From IMG/VR virus record IMGVR_UViG_3300020178_000002, positions 248,001 to 312,000 of that record: 64,000 bases of DNA. One strand, 5' to 3'. Positions 30,340 to 40,807 of this stretch are shown one piece after another. The notes below the pieces were generated by a model. It worked only from the letters and a program-made list of their open reading frames with translations, was not told where the DNA came from and searched no databases. The position numbers and the translations under genes are program-made. Position 1 is the stretch's first letter, and every line of letters starts with the position of its first letter.

Positions 30340-33300
30340 TTAAGAGACTAATACCCCATAGTCTTCTTTTGCATAAACAACTGCATCGTTAAGTCCAGAT
30401 CCATTCCAATCAGTACTAAAGTCAGTGTTTAATACGAAAGCATCTGCTACAGAACCATAATCTATGGTTTCAATGACTCTACCTAAAACGATCAAATCAG
30501 CAACAGCATTGACATTTGACTGTGTTGGTGTGCTAAGGAGAATAAGCTCTCCAGGGCTTGTTCCTACATCGTAGTCTGTTGAAGTGCCTAAAACAGTAGG
30601 AACGTATTTATTAAGACCATTAGCAGTGGTGTATCTTAAAACTTGCTTATCGGTATCAGGTGCTGCATTAACATCAGTTAAGTTGTTTGAGCTTACTTCC
30701 ACGCTTACATCAATGACATCACCTGCATCGTTATTTGCAAATGTTAAAGAATCTACACCTGTTGCAGTTCCTCCAGCAAGTGCAGTCGCAACTACATCTC
30801 TTGCTTTCTCATCGAAATTCTCAGCAACAAATTCTCCTGCATTAGAATCCCAAACAAGAACTTCATCTCCTGTAAATGCACCTGTGTTGATATTAACATC
30901 AGAATGTGTGGAAATAGATCCGAGATTAGTTAGATTCTCACCACTTATAGCACCTAGCTTACCATTCCCATCTGTAATAACTACTTTACCTGCATCTGCT
31001 ACACCACCTGTAATAGTTGTGTCTAGGGTAGATACATTACCTAGTCCAAGTGTGGTTCTTTGTGCAGTGTTATCAGCATCATCCAGTAACGCTAGACCTG
31101 CTGCTGTTATTGTTGAATTTGTTAAAGCCCCAGCCCCTGTTGTATGGAGTAGCTGATTATTCCCTAAAGGATTAAGGTCTGCTATTTCTTGAAGCAGGGT
31201 GTCTTGAGCTTGGACATCTGTTCCTATTGCTAAACCAAGAGTAGTTCTCTGTGCAGTATTATCAGCATCATCTAGTAATGCAAGACCTGCTGCTGTTATT
31301 GTGGCAGTTGTTAAAGCTCCAGCCCCTGTTGTATGGAAGAGTTTGTTATTTCCAGCAGGGTTTAGGTCAGCAAACTCTTGAAGTAGCGTATCTTGAGCTT
31401 GGACATCAGTTCCAATCTCAAGGTCTAAAGTTGCTTTTACTTGTGCCTTGGTTTGTGCAACAAAGTTATTCCCATCGCCTACAATGAAGTTTCCATCTGT
31501 ATTGGCTAATCCAGAGATGTCAGAAAGATTCCCTGTTAGTTGGATAGTTAATTCACCATTTGCATCGTCATAAGTAGTTGAAATACCTGTATCGTGGTTG
31601 TTGTTAACTAACAATCCACCTGCAATGTCTTGAACAAGTTCTGTTGTGTCTGTTAGGTCATTGACAGTAAGACCACGAACCCAAGCTGCTGTTACAATCT
31701 GGGTTGCATTTGCATTTTGAGCAGGTGCAGTGATTGTACCTGTGCCTGTTACAGTTATGTTTTTATCTAAAGAGACATTCTCACCAAGAATAATTTCTTC
31801 TGCTGTATTAGTTGTGACGAAAGTAAGGTATCCATTGCCACCCTCTGTAATATTAAGGGCAGATGGCTGATTGTCTGCAAGAGAAATCTCTGCTACAGAC
31901 AAAGAACCACCAAGAGTTAAGTTGCCATTGTTTAATAAAGGTATGTTCGCTGAGTTGGAAAGGTCTGTGGTAGAAATAGTTCTGTTACTGAAAGCACCTA
32001 GTGCATCACTTACAATAAAGTGGTTAAGGGCAGGATTTGCAATACTAACATCTCCTAGATCATCAAGGTTTGATCCAGCAGAAAGAAAATCTCCTGTGTT
32101 ATTCTGGGAAGCTGTACCCAGAGCTAATGCGGTGATAGAATCGCTCACCTGTCTGTCTGTATATGCGGTACTTGCTATTTTAGTGCTGTTATCACTTGCA
32201 GCCTGTGTTGTTACTTGCACTGTGCCTGTGAAAGTTTGATTTGCATTTAAGAGAGATATGTTCGCTGTATCAGATAAATCACTACTAGAGATAGTTCTAT
32301 TACTGAAAGCACCCAGAGCGTCACTTACAATAAAGTGATTGAGAGCAGGGTTTGCAATACTAACATCACCGAGATCATCAAGGTTTGATCCAGCAGCGAG
32401 AAAGTCTCCTACATTAGAGGTAGAAGCAGTTCCTAGCCCCAAGTCTCCAATTTCAGCAACTACAAAAGCTGTTGTTGCTATCTGGGTTGTATTTGTATTA
32501 ACAACAGCAGTAGGTGCTTCTGGAACGCCTGTAAATGTCGGTCCTGCAAGTCTGGCTACAGTATTATCCACAGAAGCTGTCATTGTGTTGGCAGCATCAT
32601 TATAAGTGAATGTTATATCGGTGTGGGCAGACCCATTTGTTATGAACAGTTCATTTACAGCGTCTTGTGCTGATTCTGTAGGTGCTTGAGCTACAAACGT
32701 ACTTACTCCATCCCAAACTAGAGTATGTCCAGCTTGAGCGTTTGAAGCGTCTATGTCTGAGATATTTGCTGAACTTAATGCAACACTCTCAAAAACATTA
32801 GCACCATTCGCTGTCGTGTAGATTAGTGCTTCTCCATTATTTGGAGCTAAGTTAGCGTCTACATCAGACAAGTGAGAGAGCTGTGTTATGTTCCCCCCTA
32901 CTTGGGCAACTACTGCTCTAACAAAGCTGGCAGTTGCAACCTCTCTACCAACAGAGTTATTGGCAGGGTTGTTTGCAGTGATTACAGCACCTGTTAAATC
33001 TATATCTCCTGATACAGTCAGATCTCCTGTAATAGTTTGGTTGGCATTTAAGAAAGCAATGTTGTTCGAGTCTGACAAGTTTGTTGTAGATAAAGCAACA
33101 TTATCAAAGGTGGCATTAACAGCATCATATATTAAAGCCTCACCAGCTTGTGGGTTTGCTAGTGTGACTAGTGAGGATGCTAAGAAATCTCCTACATTAG
33201 AGGTAGAAGCAGTTCCAAGTCCTGATTCAAAGTCAGCTATTTCAGCGACAACAAAAGCTGTTGTTGCTAATTGAGTTGTATTTGAATTAACAGCAGCAGT

Positions 33301-36300
33301 AGGTGCTGTGGGAACACCTGTTAGAGCAGGGTTGTTCAGTCTTGCAACAGTTGCATCTACAGAGTAGTCTATTCTATTATTAATGTCATCATAAGTAACA
33401 GTAATATCAGTCTGTTGACCTGCATTAATCATGCTACCGATAGCATCTTGTACTTCTTCAACTATTGTATTGTCCCCAACAATGAGGCTGCCTTGAGCGT
33501 TAAAGACAAGAATTTTATCTTGAGCTTTATTGGCTGTACTGACATCATTCAAGTCATTAATGGATGAAGTAGTTTTTATTAAACTTGTTCCATCACTAAG
33601 TTGGCTTGAAGAAAGCTGTGCATTCTCGAATACATTGTTTCCTGTATAAACCAAAACTTGATTAGTTAAAGGAGTTCCTGCTTGAGGATCATTTGTGATT
33701 GTCACATCACTCAAGCTATTAATAGCAGATCCTGTTGCTAAGAAGTCACCTGTATCATTTGTAACAGCAGTTCCAAATCCAAGAGTGACTCTTGCATTTA
33801 CTTGATCTAATGCTAATGAAGTCCTTGCTTGTGCTGGTGTTTTTAGAACAAGGTCATTCCCATCACCAGCTAAGAAGTTGTCTGCTGTGGGTTGTGCAAT
33901 AGCAGATATTTCTTCCAGCCTAGCATTTTGAGCTTGGACATCAGTCCCAATCTCAAGATTTAGGTGTGCAACTGGGTCAGCAGAGGCGATTAAATCCCTA
34001 CCTTGTTGAGTTATGTCAGCAGTAGCATAGGTATTAGCACCTGTTGTGTAGATTATTTTATTGGCTGCTTGAGGATTTAACCCAGCAATAGATACAAGAG
34101 ATGCTTGTAGAGTTGCAGTAACATTTCCATCATTTACTCCACCATCATCAGTATAGGCGAAAGTAATGCCTGCACTGTGGTTTGCATGAGCAAACTGAGC
34201 ACCTACAACGTCTTGGATAGATTCTGTAGATCCTGTGAAATCAGAGACTGTTAAAGCTCTAACCCAAGCAGAAGTAACAATATGATTATCATTTGCATTA
34301 GCAGCAGGTGCTAGGATAGTACCTGTACTTGTGATAGACAGACTTCCTGTTGCTGAGATATTTCCTTGAGAAGAAACATTTCCTAGTCTTAGGTTTGCAT
34401 CTGAGATACCTGCCACAGCACTAAAGTCTGTTGTGTTTACATCAACAGCACCACTGTGTAATGCTAGTCTGAAGGTATCATCTCCTTCATCCCAGAAGAT
34501 AACTGCATCATCTAAGTCCCCTCTTGTTAAAAGAAAACCTAGATCATTAGCATTGTTTCCTACAAAACCATTATTAAGTTCAATTACACTATCTGCTACT
34601 GCCAAGTTATTTTGGTTATTGATATTTTGAACACCATTAACAGTTAAGTTTTGAACAGTGATGTCACCACCTGTAGTTAGACTTGTGTTTCCAAAGTCAA
34701 TAGTTCCTGTACTATCTACAATAGAACCAGAACTAATATCCATTGTGCCATCTATTTCAACGGGCTTTAATAATCTAATTTCTTCAGCACCATCTGTGGT
34801 GTCTACCTCAATGTAAGAAACATTATTGGTAGACTCTTCAACTTTAAGGGCTATCGGCTGGTTGTCTGTAATGTTGAGCTGTACTAAGTTACCCTTTGCA
34901 GAGATTGTATTAAGCTCAATGTCATCAACATTTCCAATATTTTGGTTATTGAGGTTTGCTCCAGAAGATAAAGTTGAGATTCCATTTACAGAGAAGTTTC
35001 CTGTTACACCTGTATTTCCATTTAGAGCATTAACAACAAAGGCATTGTTACCTACAATAAGATCTCCACCTATGTTTATTTGATTAACTCCGAAATCAAT
35101 ACCTCCATTGTTAGAGGTTGTGATTGAGTTATCTGCAAGAACAAGATTTCCAATAGAAGACCCAGATTGTGCAGTAAATACTTTTCCAAATATTATACTT
35201 TCTGTGTTGTCTGTTGTATTGAAGGTTAGGTAAGCATTAGCTCCTTCAGCTACAACAAGAGCTGCTCCATTATTGTCTGGGATAGATATGGAAGAAGTGG
35301 ATAGTGAATTTACTGTCGTAGCCCCTGCATTTAGAGTTCCTGTTGTACTTATATTTATAGCACTGAAAGAAACATCTCCACCTGCACTGTTTATTGTTGC
35401 ATTGTTTCCATTAGGTGTAATGGAAAGCGAGACAGCATCTGTTAATGGGTTGATTACATTCAAACCACCATCCATAGAAGAGAGTCCATCTACATCTAAA
35501 GTACCAAGAACTGCTGTGTTTCCTGTCAACCCATCCACAGTAAATAGGTTGCTTACATTGATTCCACCATTTGGTTTTAAGACGTTTGTTAAAACTAGCT
35601 CGTCATTATTGTTTAGAAGAGGTACTTTTGAGCCATTCGACAGATCTGTGGTTGATATGGTTCTATTTAAGTAATTACCAAATCCATTATTCACAAGAAA
35701 TTGACTGGGTGCATTACCGTTAAGGCTCACATCACTTAAATCATTTAACCCTGATCCACTTGCTAAGAAATCACCTGTGGCAGAAGTAGATGCAGTTCCT
35801 AAACCAAGAGCATTTCTTGCATCTTGACCAGAGAGGATTGTAAACTGATTCCCATTACCTACAATGAAGTTGTTATTTCCATTGTTAAGTCCAGCAAGGA
35901 TGTCTAGTTGTGCAGATTGGGTTTGTACATCTGTTCCAATCTCAAGACCCAAAGCTGTTCTAGCTTGTGCTGGTGTATTGAGTCCGAAGTTGAGACCATC
36001 ACTTATCAAGATATTATTTACAGCATGTCCTACATTAACAATATCTTGAAGAGAATTAGAAAGTGTGGCTCTTACCTCAGAGCTTGGGTCATCATAAGCA
36101 AAAGTAATTCCTGTACTATGGTTTAGATGACTAAACTGAGCACCTACAATATCTTCAACTTCTTCTTGGGTAAATCCTGTGTTGGGTGGGTCTTGTTGCA
36201 CAAGGACACCACCAACAACTTGTAATATCTTTCCATTAACTAGACCTGCACCAAAGTCAATGTCAGAAAGATCTCCTGCTGAAGAAGCATTTGTTAAAAG

Positions 36301-37305
36301 ATTTGCTCCATCTGATAAATCTAGGGTTGATATGATCCTATTCTCAAAGTTAGCTCCATTATGGACAATGAAATGATTATTAGCAGCACCAGCTATGGTG
36401 ACATCATTTAGATCATTGAGTTCAGATACAGAGCTTACTAATCCAGGTGCAAAAGAACCATTGTTATAAACAATAGTTTCTCCATTTTGGATATTCTGAA
36501 TACTCACATCAGAGAGAAGTCCGATGCTAGGCAATGCTGTGAGGTTTGAACCATCTAAAGCAGGCAGTGTGTTTTGAACAGTGATTTCTAAGACATTGCC
36601 AGCGTTTGTACCAAAGTCTTTTGTTGAAGCAGTTCCTAATGCTGGGGTGTCTGCTAGATCATTGTAAGAGAGTGCTTGGTTTACAAAGCTAACACCATTG
36701 TGTCTTAAAACTTCTCCATCTAAAGCACCTGCAACTACAACATCAAGTAGGTTATCAATAGAGAGATGGTCTATAGTAACACTTCCAGATATTTGAGAGT
36801 TGTCGTCATCATAAGTCCAAGTTATGCCCCCACCATCGGTAAACATTGCCCCAACAAAGTCTTCAATATTTTCTTGGGTGAACCCACCACCACCATTAGC
36901 AGGGTCTACTTGTTGGAATACTCCACCTACTGCTTGTAGTATTTTTCCATTTACAATCCCATCGCCCAAATCTACATCTGTGAGTTCACCTATAGAAGTT
37001 GCATTGAGTATGCCCAGATTTGTTCTTGCATCAGCTTGAGCTTGTACTCCGAGATCTGCAATCTCAGAGAGTACGTTATCGGCCACAAGGAAGTTTTGAG
37101 GGTTGCTTCCATTCAAGGTTTCAATCTCGATTATTGCGTCTTGAATTGCAGCATGGACTTCTGCTGGATAATCGTTTGTCCAAACAACTCCATTTCTTCG
37201 GATATTTCCAACAGAGGTAAAACCATTTTCATCAGAAGTTACTGTGAAAGTGTAAACCCCAAAAGAAGTGACTACTTCATAGTTCTTACTAATTGCATCT
37301 GCCAT
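30340..37305 (-). CDS. Long fibre protein (2321 aa)
   Basis: Repeats LxDLxDV, GTDVQAQ, ARTxLGLG, PxAPTA...TTQxATTAFV and E.VQDxVG; C-terminal DYG motifs. Confidence 0.8.
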   Translation of the reverse strand: MADAISKNYEVVTSFGVYTFTVTSDENGFTSVGNIRRNGVVWTNDYPAEVHAAIQDAIIEIETLNGSNPQNFLVADNVLSEIADLGVQAQADARTNLGILNATSIGELTDVDLGDGIVNGKILQAVGGVFQQVDPANGGGGFTQENIEDFVGAMFTDGGGITWTYDDDNSQISGSVTIDHLSIDNLLDVVVAGALDGEVLRHNGVSFVNQALSYNDLADTPALGTASTKDFGTNAGNVLEITVQNTLPALDGSNLTALPSIGLLSDVSIQNIQNGETIVYNNGSFAPGLVSSVSELNDLNDVTIAGAANNHFIVHNGANFENRIISTLDLSDGANLLTNASSAGDLSDIDFGAGLVNGKILQVVGGVLVQQDPPNTGFTQEEVEDIVGAQFSHLNHSTGITFAYDDPSSEVRATLSNSLQDIVNVGHAVNNILISDGLNFGLNTPAQARTALGLEIGTDVQTQSAQLDILAGLNNGNNNFIVGNGNQFTILSGQDARNALGLGTASTSATGDFLASGSGLNDLSDVSLNGNAPSQFLVNNGFGNYLNRTISTTDLSNGSKVPLLNNNDELVLTNVLKPNGGINVSNLFTVDGLTGNTAVLGTLDVDGLSSMDGGLNVINPLTDAVSLSITPNGNNATINSAGGDVSFSAINISTTGTLNAGATTVNSLSTSSISIPDNNGAALVVAEGANAYLTFNTTDNTESIIFGKVFTAQSGSSIGNLVLADNSITTSNNGGIDFGVNQINIGGDLIVGNNAFVVNALNGNTGVTGNFSVNGISTLSSGANLNNQNIGNVDDIELNTISAKGNLVQLNITDNQPIALKVEESTNNVSYIEVDTTDGAEEIRLLKPVEIDGTMDISSGSIVDSTGTIDFGNTSLTTGGDITVQNLTVNGVQNINNQNNLAVADSVIELNNGFVGNNANDLGFLLTRGDLDDAVIFWDEGDDTFRLALHSGAVDVNTTDFSAVAGISDANLRLGNVSSQGNISATGSLSITSTGTILAPAANANDNHIVTSAWVRALTVSDFTGSTESIQDVVGAQFAHANHSAGITFAYTDDGGVNDGNVTATLQASLVSIAGLNPQAANKIIYTTGANTYATADITQQGRDLIASADPVAHLNLEIGTDVQAQNARLEEISAIAQPTADNFLAGDGNDLVLKTPAQARTSLALDQVNARVTLGFGTAVTNDTGDFLATGSAINSLSDVTITNDPQAGTPLTNQVLVYTGNNVFENAQLSSSQLSDGTSLIKTTSSINDLNDVSTANKAQDKILVFNAQGSLIVGDNTIVEEVQDAIGSMINAGQQTDITVTYDDINNRIDYSVDATVARLNNPALTGVPTAPTAAVNSNTTQLATTAFVVAEIADFESGLGTASTSNVGDFLASSLVTLANPQAGEALIYDAVNATFDNVALSTTNLSDSNNIAFLNANQTITGDLTVSGDIDLTGAVITANNPANNSVGREVATASFVRAVVAQVGGNITQLSHLSDVDANLAPNNGEALIYTTANGANVFESVALSSANISDIDASNAQAGHTLVWDGVSTFVAQAPTESAQDAVNELFITNGSAHTDITFTYNDAANTMTASVDNTVARLAGPTFTGVPEAPTAVVNTNTTQIATTAFVVAEIGDLGLGTASTSNVGDFLAAGSNLDDLGDVSIANPALNHFIVSDALGAFSNRTISSSDLSDTANISLLNANQTFTGTVQVTTQAASDNSTKIASTAYTDRQVSDSITALALGTASQNNTGDFLSAGSNLDDLGDVSIANPALNHFIVSDALGAFSNRTISTTDLSNSANIPLLNNGNLTLGGSLSVAEISLADNQPSALNITEGGNGYLTFVTTNTAEEIILGENVSLDKNITVTGTGTITAPAQNANATQIVTAAWVRGLTVNDLTDTTELVQDIAGGLLVNNNHDTGISTTYDDANGELTIQLTGNLSDISGLANTDGNFIVGDGNNFVAQTKAQVKATLDLEIGTDVQAQDTLLQEFADLNPAGNNKLFHTTGAGALTTATITAAGLALLDDADNTAQRTTLGLAIGTDVQAQDTLLQEIADLNPLGNNQLLHTTGAGALTNSTITAAGLALLDDADNTAQRTTLGLGNVSTLDTTITGGVADAGKVVITDGNGKLGAISGENLTNLGSISTHSDVNINTGAFTGDEVLVWDSNAGEFVAENFDEKARDVVATALAGGTATGVDSLTFANNDAGDVIDVSVEVSSNNLTDVNAAPDTDKQVLRYTTANGLNKYVPTVLGTSTDYDVGTSPGELILLSTPTQSNVNAVADLIVLGRVIETIDYGSVADAFVLNTDFSTDWNGSGLNDAVVYAKEDYGVLVS

Positions 37306-37401
37306 AATTATTGCCTCTCTTATGATGTCTCTATTTTATTAATCTTATTAAAAGACTATTAGAACACAGTATAACTCATTAGCTGATTTAAGGAGATTAT
37401 A

Positions 37402-38358
37402 ATGAATAAGGTAAGAGCTTCTTTTCTAAACCTGGTAGAGGAAAAAGGCGGTTTTGTGTGCCATCACGCACACTTTGATAAATCTCATTTAATAACCCCA
37501 GAGATTCTGAGAAAAAGTCAATCTAGCCTTCAAGAAAAGTGGTACATATACAGAGACTTGAAAGAATCTTACACTAGGGAAGATCTAAGACTTCGTATGG
37601 TTCGATGTATTGAAAAAATGCGATCTCAAGGTGTTAACAAATGTAAAACCTTCATAGATGCAGACCAGATTGTAGGTTTGACTCCTATGGAAGTTGCTGT
37701 TGAGCTAAAGAAAGAGTACTCAGCTAAAGGCTTTGATCTGCTTCTGGCAGTTCAGCCTCTTGAGGGAGTTCTAAATCCTTTTGCTAGAGAGATTTTTGTT
37801 AAAGCCTGTGGAATGGCTGACGTTGTTGGAGGTCTTCCAGATAGAGACAAAGAGCCACTATCTCATATGGACTTTATTTTAAGCCTAGCAAAAGATTTAG
37901 GCAAAGACCTTGATGTTCATGTTGGTCAAAACAACATACCCTCTGAACAAGAATCCGAGATGGTTGTTGATAAAGTTAAAGAGCATAACATGGAGGGTAG
38001 AGTGAACTTGGTTCATGCAATCTCTTTATCTTGCCAAACCAAAAGCAAGAGGAAAGAGGTTATACAAAAGATTAAAGATACCAATACAGGTGTGATTGTG
38101 TGCCCCTCTGCTGCAATAAGTATGAAGCAACAATCTAATGTTTCCGCCCCTATCCATAATTCCATAGCTCCTGTCTTAGAAATGCTTGAAGCTGGTGTAG
38201 ATGTAATGTTAGGTGTGGATAACATACATGACCTATTCATGCCTTTGGTTGATGGAGACCTATGGTTTGAGTGTAGGCTGATGATGGAAGCAATAAGATG
38301 CTATGACTTGGAACTGATTTCTAAAATAGCTTCAAATAAAAGAGGTTTTAATGATTAA
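37402..38358 (+). CDS. Metal-dependent amidohydrolase, cytosine deaminase-like
   Basis: HHAHFDK, DVHV, VHAIS, IVCP and GVDNIHD metal-ligand pattern of the CodA family; exact substrate uncertain. Confidence 0.75.
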   Translation: MNKVRASFLNLVEEKGGFVCHHAHFDKSHLITPEILRKSQSSLQEKWYIYRDLKESYTREDLRLRMVRCIEKMRSQGVNKCKTFIDADQIVGLTPMEVAVELKKEYSAKGFDLLLAVQPLEGVLNPFAREIFVKACGMADVVGGLPDRDKEPLSHMDFILSLAKDLGKDLDVHVGQNNIPSEQESEMVVDKVKEHNMEGRVNLVHAISLSCQTKSKRKEVIQKIKDTNTGVIVCPSAAISMKQQSNVSAPIHNSIAPVLEMLEAGVDVMLGVDNIHDLFMPLVDGDLWFECRLMMEAIRCYDLELISKIASNKRGFND

Positions 38359-39592
38359 AAGATATGAACACCCTAAGATTAAAAAGATCTTCTCTCCTGA
38401 ACAGAGGCTTTCTTATTTTGTAGACATCGAAAGATACGCATCTCTTTATCATGGAGTTGAAATACCAGATATAAACATAGATTCCCTGCTTTGTAGTATG
38501 GATGAATGTGAAAAGATCACGAAGCATGAGACAGTTGCTTTCTTACAAGCTCTTTCTTATCAGTTAGATGATATTTCAAATCTTCACTTTGGTATGACAA
38601 GCTCTGATGTTTTAGATACCTGTCTTTCTTTACAAATCAAAGAAGCATCTAGTGTTTTGGAAGATGAGATAAAGATTCTTCTCACTAGCCTTAAGACTTT
38701 CTGCTTAAAGAATAAGAATACTCTTATGGTAGGTAGATCTCATGGTAAAGCAGGTGAATTGATCAGCTTAGGGTTTTCTTTTCTTTCTTACTATAAAGAA
38801 TGGGAGAGGAACTTAGATAGACTCACTCATGCTAGAGAAGAAGTCTCTTATGGGATGGTTTCTGGTCCTATGGGTAACTTTTCAAACATTAATAGAGAGA
38901 AAGAAGACTTTATTTGCTCTAGATTAGGGATCAAACCAGAGCCTGTTTCAACTCAAGTTATTCCAAGAGATAGACATTCCTATCTTATGTGTGTACTAGG
39001 CATCATTGGAGCATCTCTCGAAAGATTATCCACACACATTAGAAACTTGAGTCAGTCTGGCATTGAAGAAATTTCTGAATCCTTTTCCGTTTCCCAAACA
39101 GGGAGTTCGGCTATGCCACATAAGAAGAACCCTATCTTATCAGAAAATGTGACAGGACTTGCCAGACTGTTAAAAAGTTATGTCTCTCCCTCTTTAGATA
39201 ATGTTTCCCTCTGGTTTGAAAGGGATATGAGTCATTCTTCTGTTGAGAGGGTGACAATAGAAGATGCGTTTCACTTATCATGCTTTGCAGTCAAAAGAAT
39301 GACTTTTGTCATTGATAGGCTTTCTGTTCATAAAGAGTCTTTGGATAAAAACATTGAAAGAGAAGGCAATCACATTTATTCTCACTCTGTTCTTTGCCAT
39401 CTTATGAAAAAAGGTGTAGACAGACATGAGGCATATCGCTTCATTCAAAAGGTCACTCAGGGAAACAAGGACTTATTTAAAGAATTAGAGACTTCCTATC
39501 CCGAGCATAAGGTAGGACAAGTGGTATTATTTAATGAATGTGTGTCAAACATAGATCATATTTTTAGGAATGTATTTGGAGATTCTAAATGA
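38351..39592 (+). CDS. purB: Adenylosuccinate lyase
   Basis: HFGMTSSDVLDT, GRSHG, STQVIPRDRH, GSSAMPHKKNP and ERDMSHSSVER. Confidence 0.95.
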   Translation: MIKRYEHPKIKKIFSPEQRLSYFVDIERYASLYHGVEIPDINIDSLLCSMDECEKITKHETVAFLQALSYQLDDISNLHFGMTSSDVLDTCLSLQIKEASSVLEDEIKILLTSLKTFCLKNKNTLMVGRSHGKAGELISLGFSFLSYYKEWERNLDRLTHAREEVSYGMVSGPMGNFSNINREKEDFICSRLGIKPEPVSTQVIPRDRHSYLMCVLGIIGASLERLSTHIRNLSQSGIEEISESFSVSQTGSSAMPHKKNPILSENVTGLARLLKSYVSPSLDNVSLWFERDMSHSSVERVTIEDAFHLSCFAVKRMTFVIDRLSVHKESLDKNIEREGNHIYSHSVLCHLMKKGVDRHEAYRFIQKVTQGNKDLFKELETSYPEHKVGQVVLFNECVSNIDHIFRNVFGDSK

Positions 39593-40806
39593 GTACAACG
39601 GCAGTTATAGGTGGTCAATGGGGTGATGAGGGTAAAGGTAAGATTGTTGACTTTCTTTCAGAAGGTGCAGACTATTGTGTTCGCTTTCAAGGTGGCAGTA
39701 ATGCAGGTCATACTATCACAGTAAACGATCAAGTGTATAAGCTCAGATTATTGCCCTCAGGAGTCCTTAGAGGTTCAACGGGTGTTCTTGGTGCTGGTAT
39801 GGTTATAAACCTTGATGTGCTTCAATCTGAAGTCTCTTATCTACAAGAAAGAGGGATAGAGCCAAAGTTCTTTATTGATCATAGAGCACATCTTGTCACT
39901 CCAGAGCATATTTCCAATGATGTTCTTCGAGAGAAAGAATCTGGAAACAGAATTGGCACTACAAGAAATGGTATTGGCCTTTGTTATGAAGATAAAGCAA
40001 GAAGAACAGGTCTTCGTGCAGGAGATCTACTAACAGACTTTGATTCTAAGGTAGATGCCTTTCTTAAGTTTTATGATAACAGCCCTCGTGTTAAGTTAGG
40101 TCTGGTGAAAGTTTTGAATGAGTGGAAAGACACTTGGTCTAAATACATTCGTACAGACCTCACAGATGTTCTATATAGAGCAATGCATATAGAAGATAAG
40201 GAAGTTGTTATTGAAGGGGCACAGGGGACTCTCTTGGATGTTTCACATGGAACATATCCTTTCGTTACATCTTCTCATACAATAGCCCCAAGCATTGCAG
40301 CAGGAGTAGGTGCTTCTTTACCAAGAGACTATAACTGCATTGGTGTTTTTAAAGCATACTGCACTAGAGTTGGCAAAGGGGGCTTCCCATCAGAAGATTT
40401 TACAGAAGATGGAGATGCTTTACAGAGAATCGGTAAAGAGGTAGGTGTTGTCACAAAGAGAGTTAGAAGATGTGGCTGGCTTAACCTTGATGATATGATT
40501 TATGCGAACCAGCTTAATGGCTTCACTTCAATTGTTTTAACAAAAGTGGATGTCTTAGATGGATTCTCTAAAGTTAAAGTAATGTATAAGGGTGATTTGC
40601 AAACTCTAGATGGTTGGGCAGGTTCAGGAGATGCCAAAACTTGGCTTGAGCTACCAGAGAATCTTATGAAGTTTATTGATTACATTCAAGAGAAAACAGG
40701 TGTTTCAGTTACCATGATTTCTAATGGTCCAGATCGCAAGGACACAATAATGCACCCTTTTTTAACTATGCCAAAACTTGAAACCACACCTAGCATGGAG
40801 CTTTAA
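39589..40806 (+). CDS. purA: Adenylosuccinate synthetase
   Basis: [38 protein letters not shown] and RRCGW. Confidence 0.96.
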   Translation: MSTTAVIGGQWGDEGKGKIVDFLSEGADYCVRFQGGSNAGHTITVNDQVYKLRLLPSGVLRGSTGVLGAGMVINLDVLQSEVSYLQERGIEPKFFIDHRAHLVTPEHISNDVLREKESGNRIGTTRNGIGLCYEDKARRTGLRAGDLLTDFDSKVDAFLKFYDNSPRVKLGLVKVLNEWKDTWSKYIRTDLTDVLYRAMHIEDKEVVIEGAQGTLLDVSHGTYPFVTSSHTIAPSIAAGVGASLPRDYNCIGVFKAYCTRVGKGGFPSEDFTEDGDALQRIGKEVGVVTKRVRRCGWLNLDDMIYANQLNGFTSIVLTKVDVLDGFSKVKVMYKGDLQTLDGWAGSGDAKTWLELPENLMKFIDYIQEKTGVSVTMISNGPDRKDTIMHPFLTMPKLETTPSMEL

Positions 40807-40807
40807 T

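Noticed and set aside
23300-37362. Numerous plus-strand ORFs of 60-190 aa
   Set aside because: They are antisense shadows of the two fibre genes caused by biased codon usage, with no recognisable motifs.
39589-40806. PurZ / 2-aminoadenine (Z-genome) pathway
   Set aside because: The enzyme keeps the canonical PurA motif GDEGKG with the catalytic Asp (PurZ has Ser there), and no datZ or mazZ was recognised nearby.
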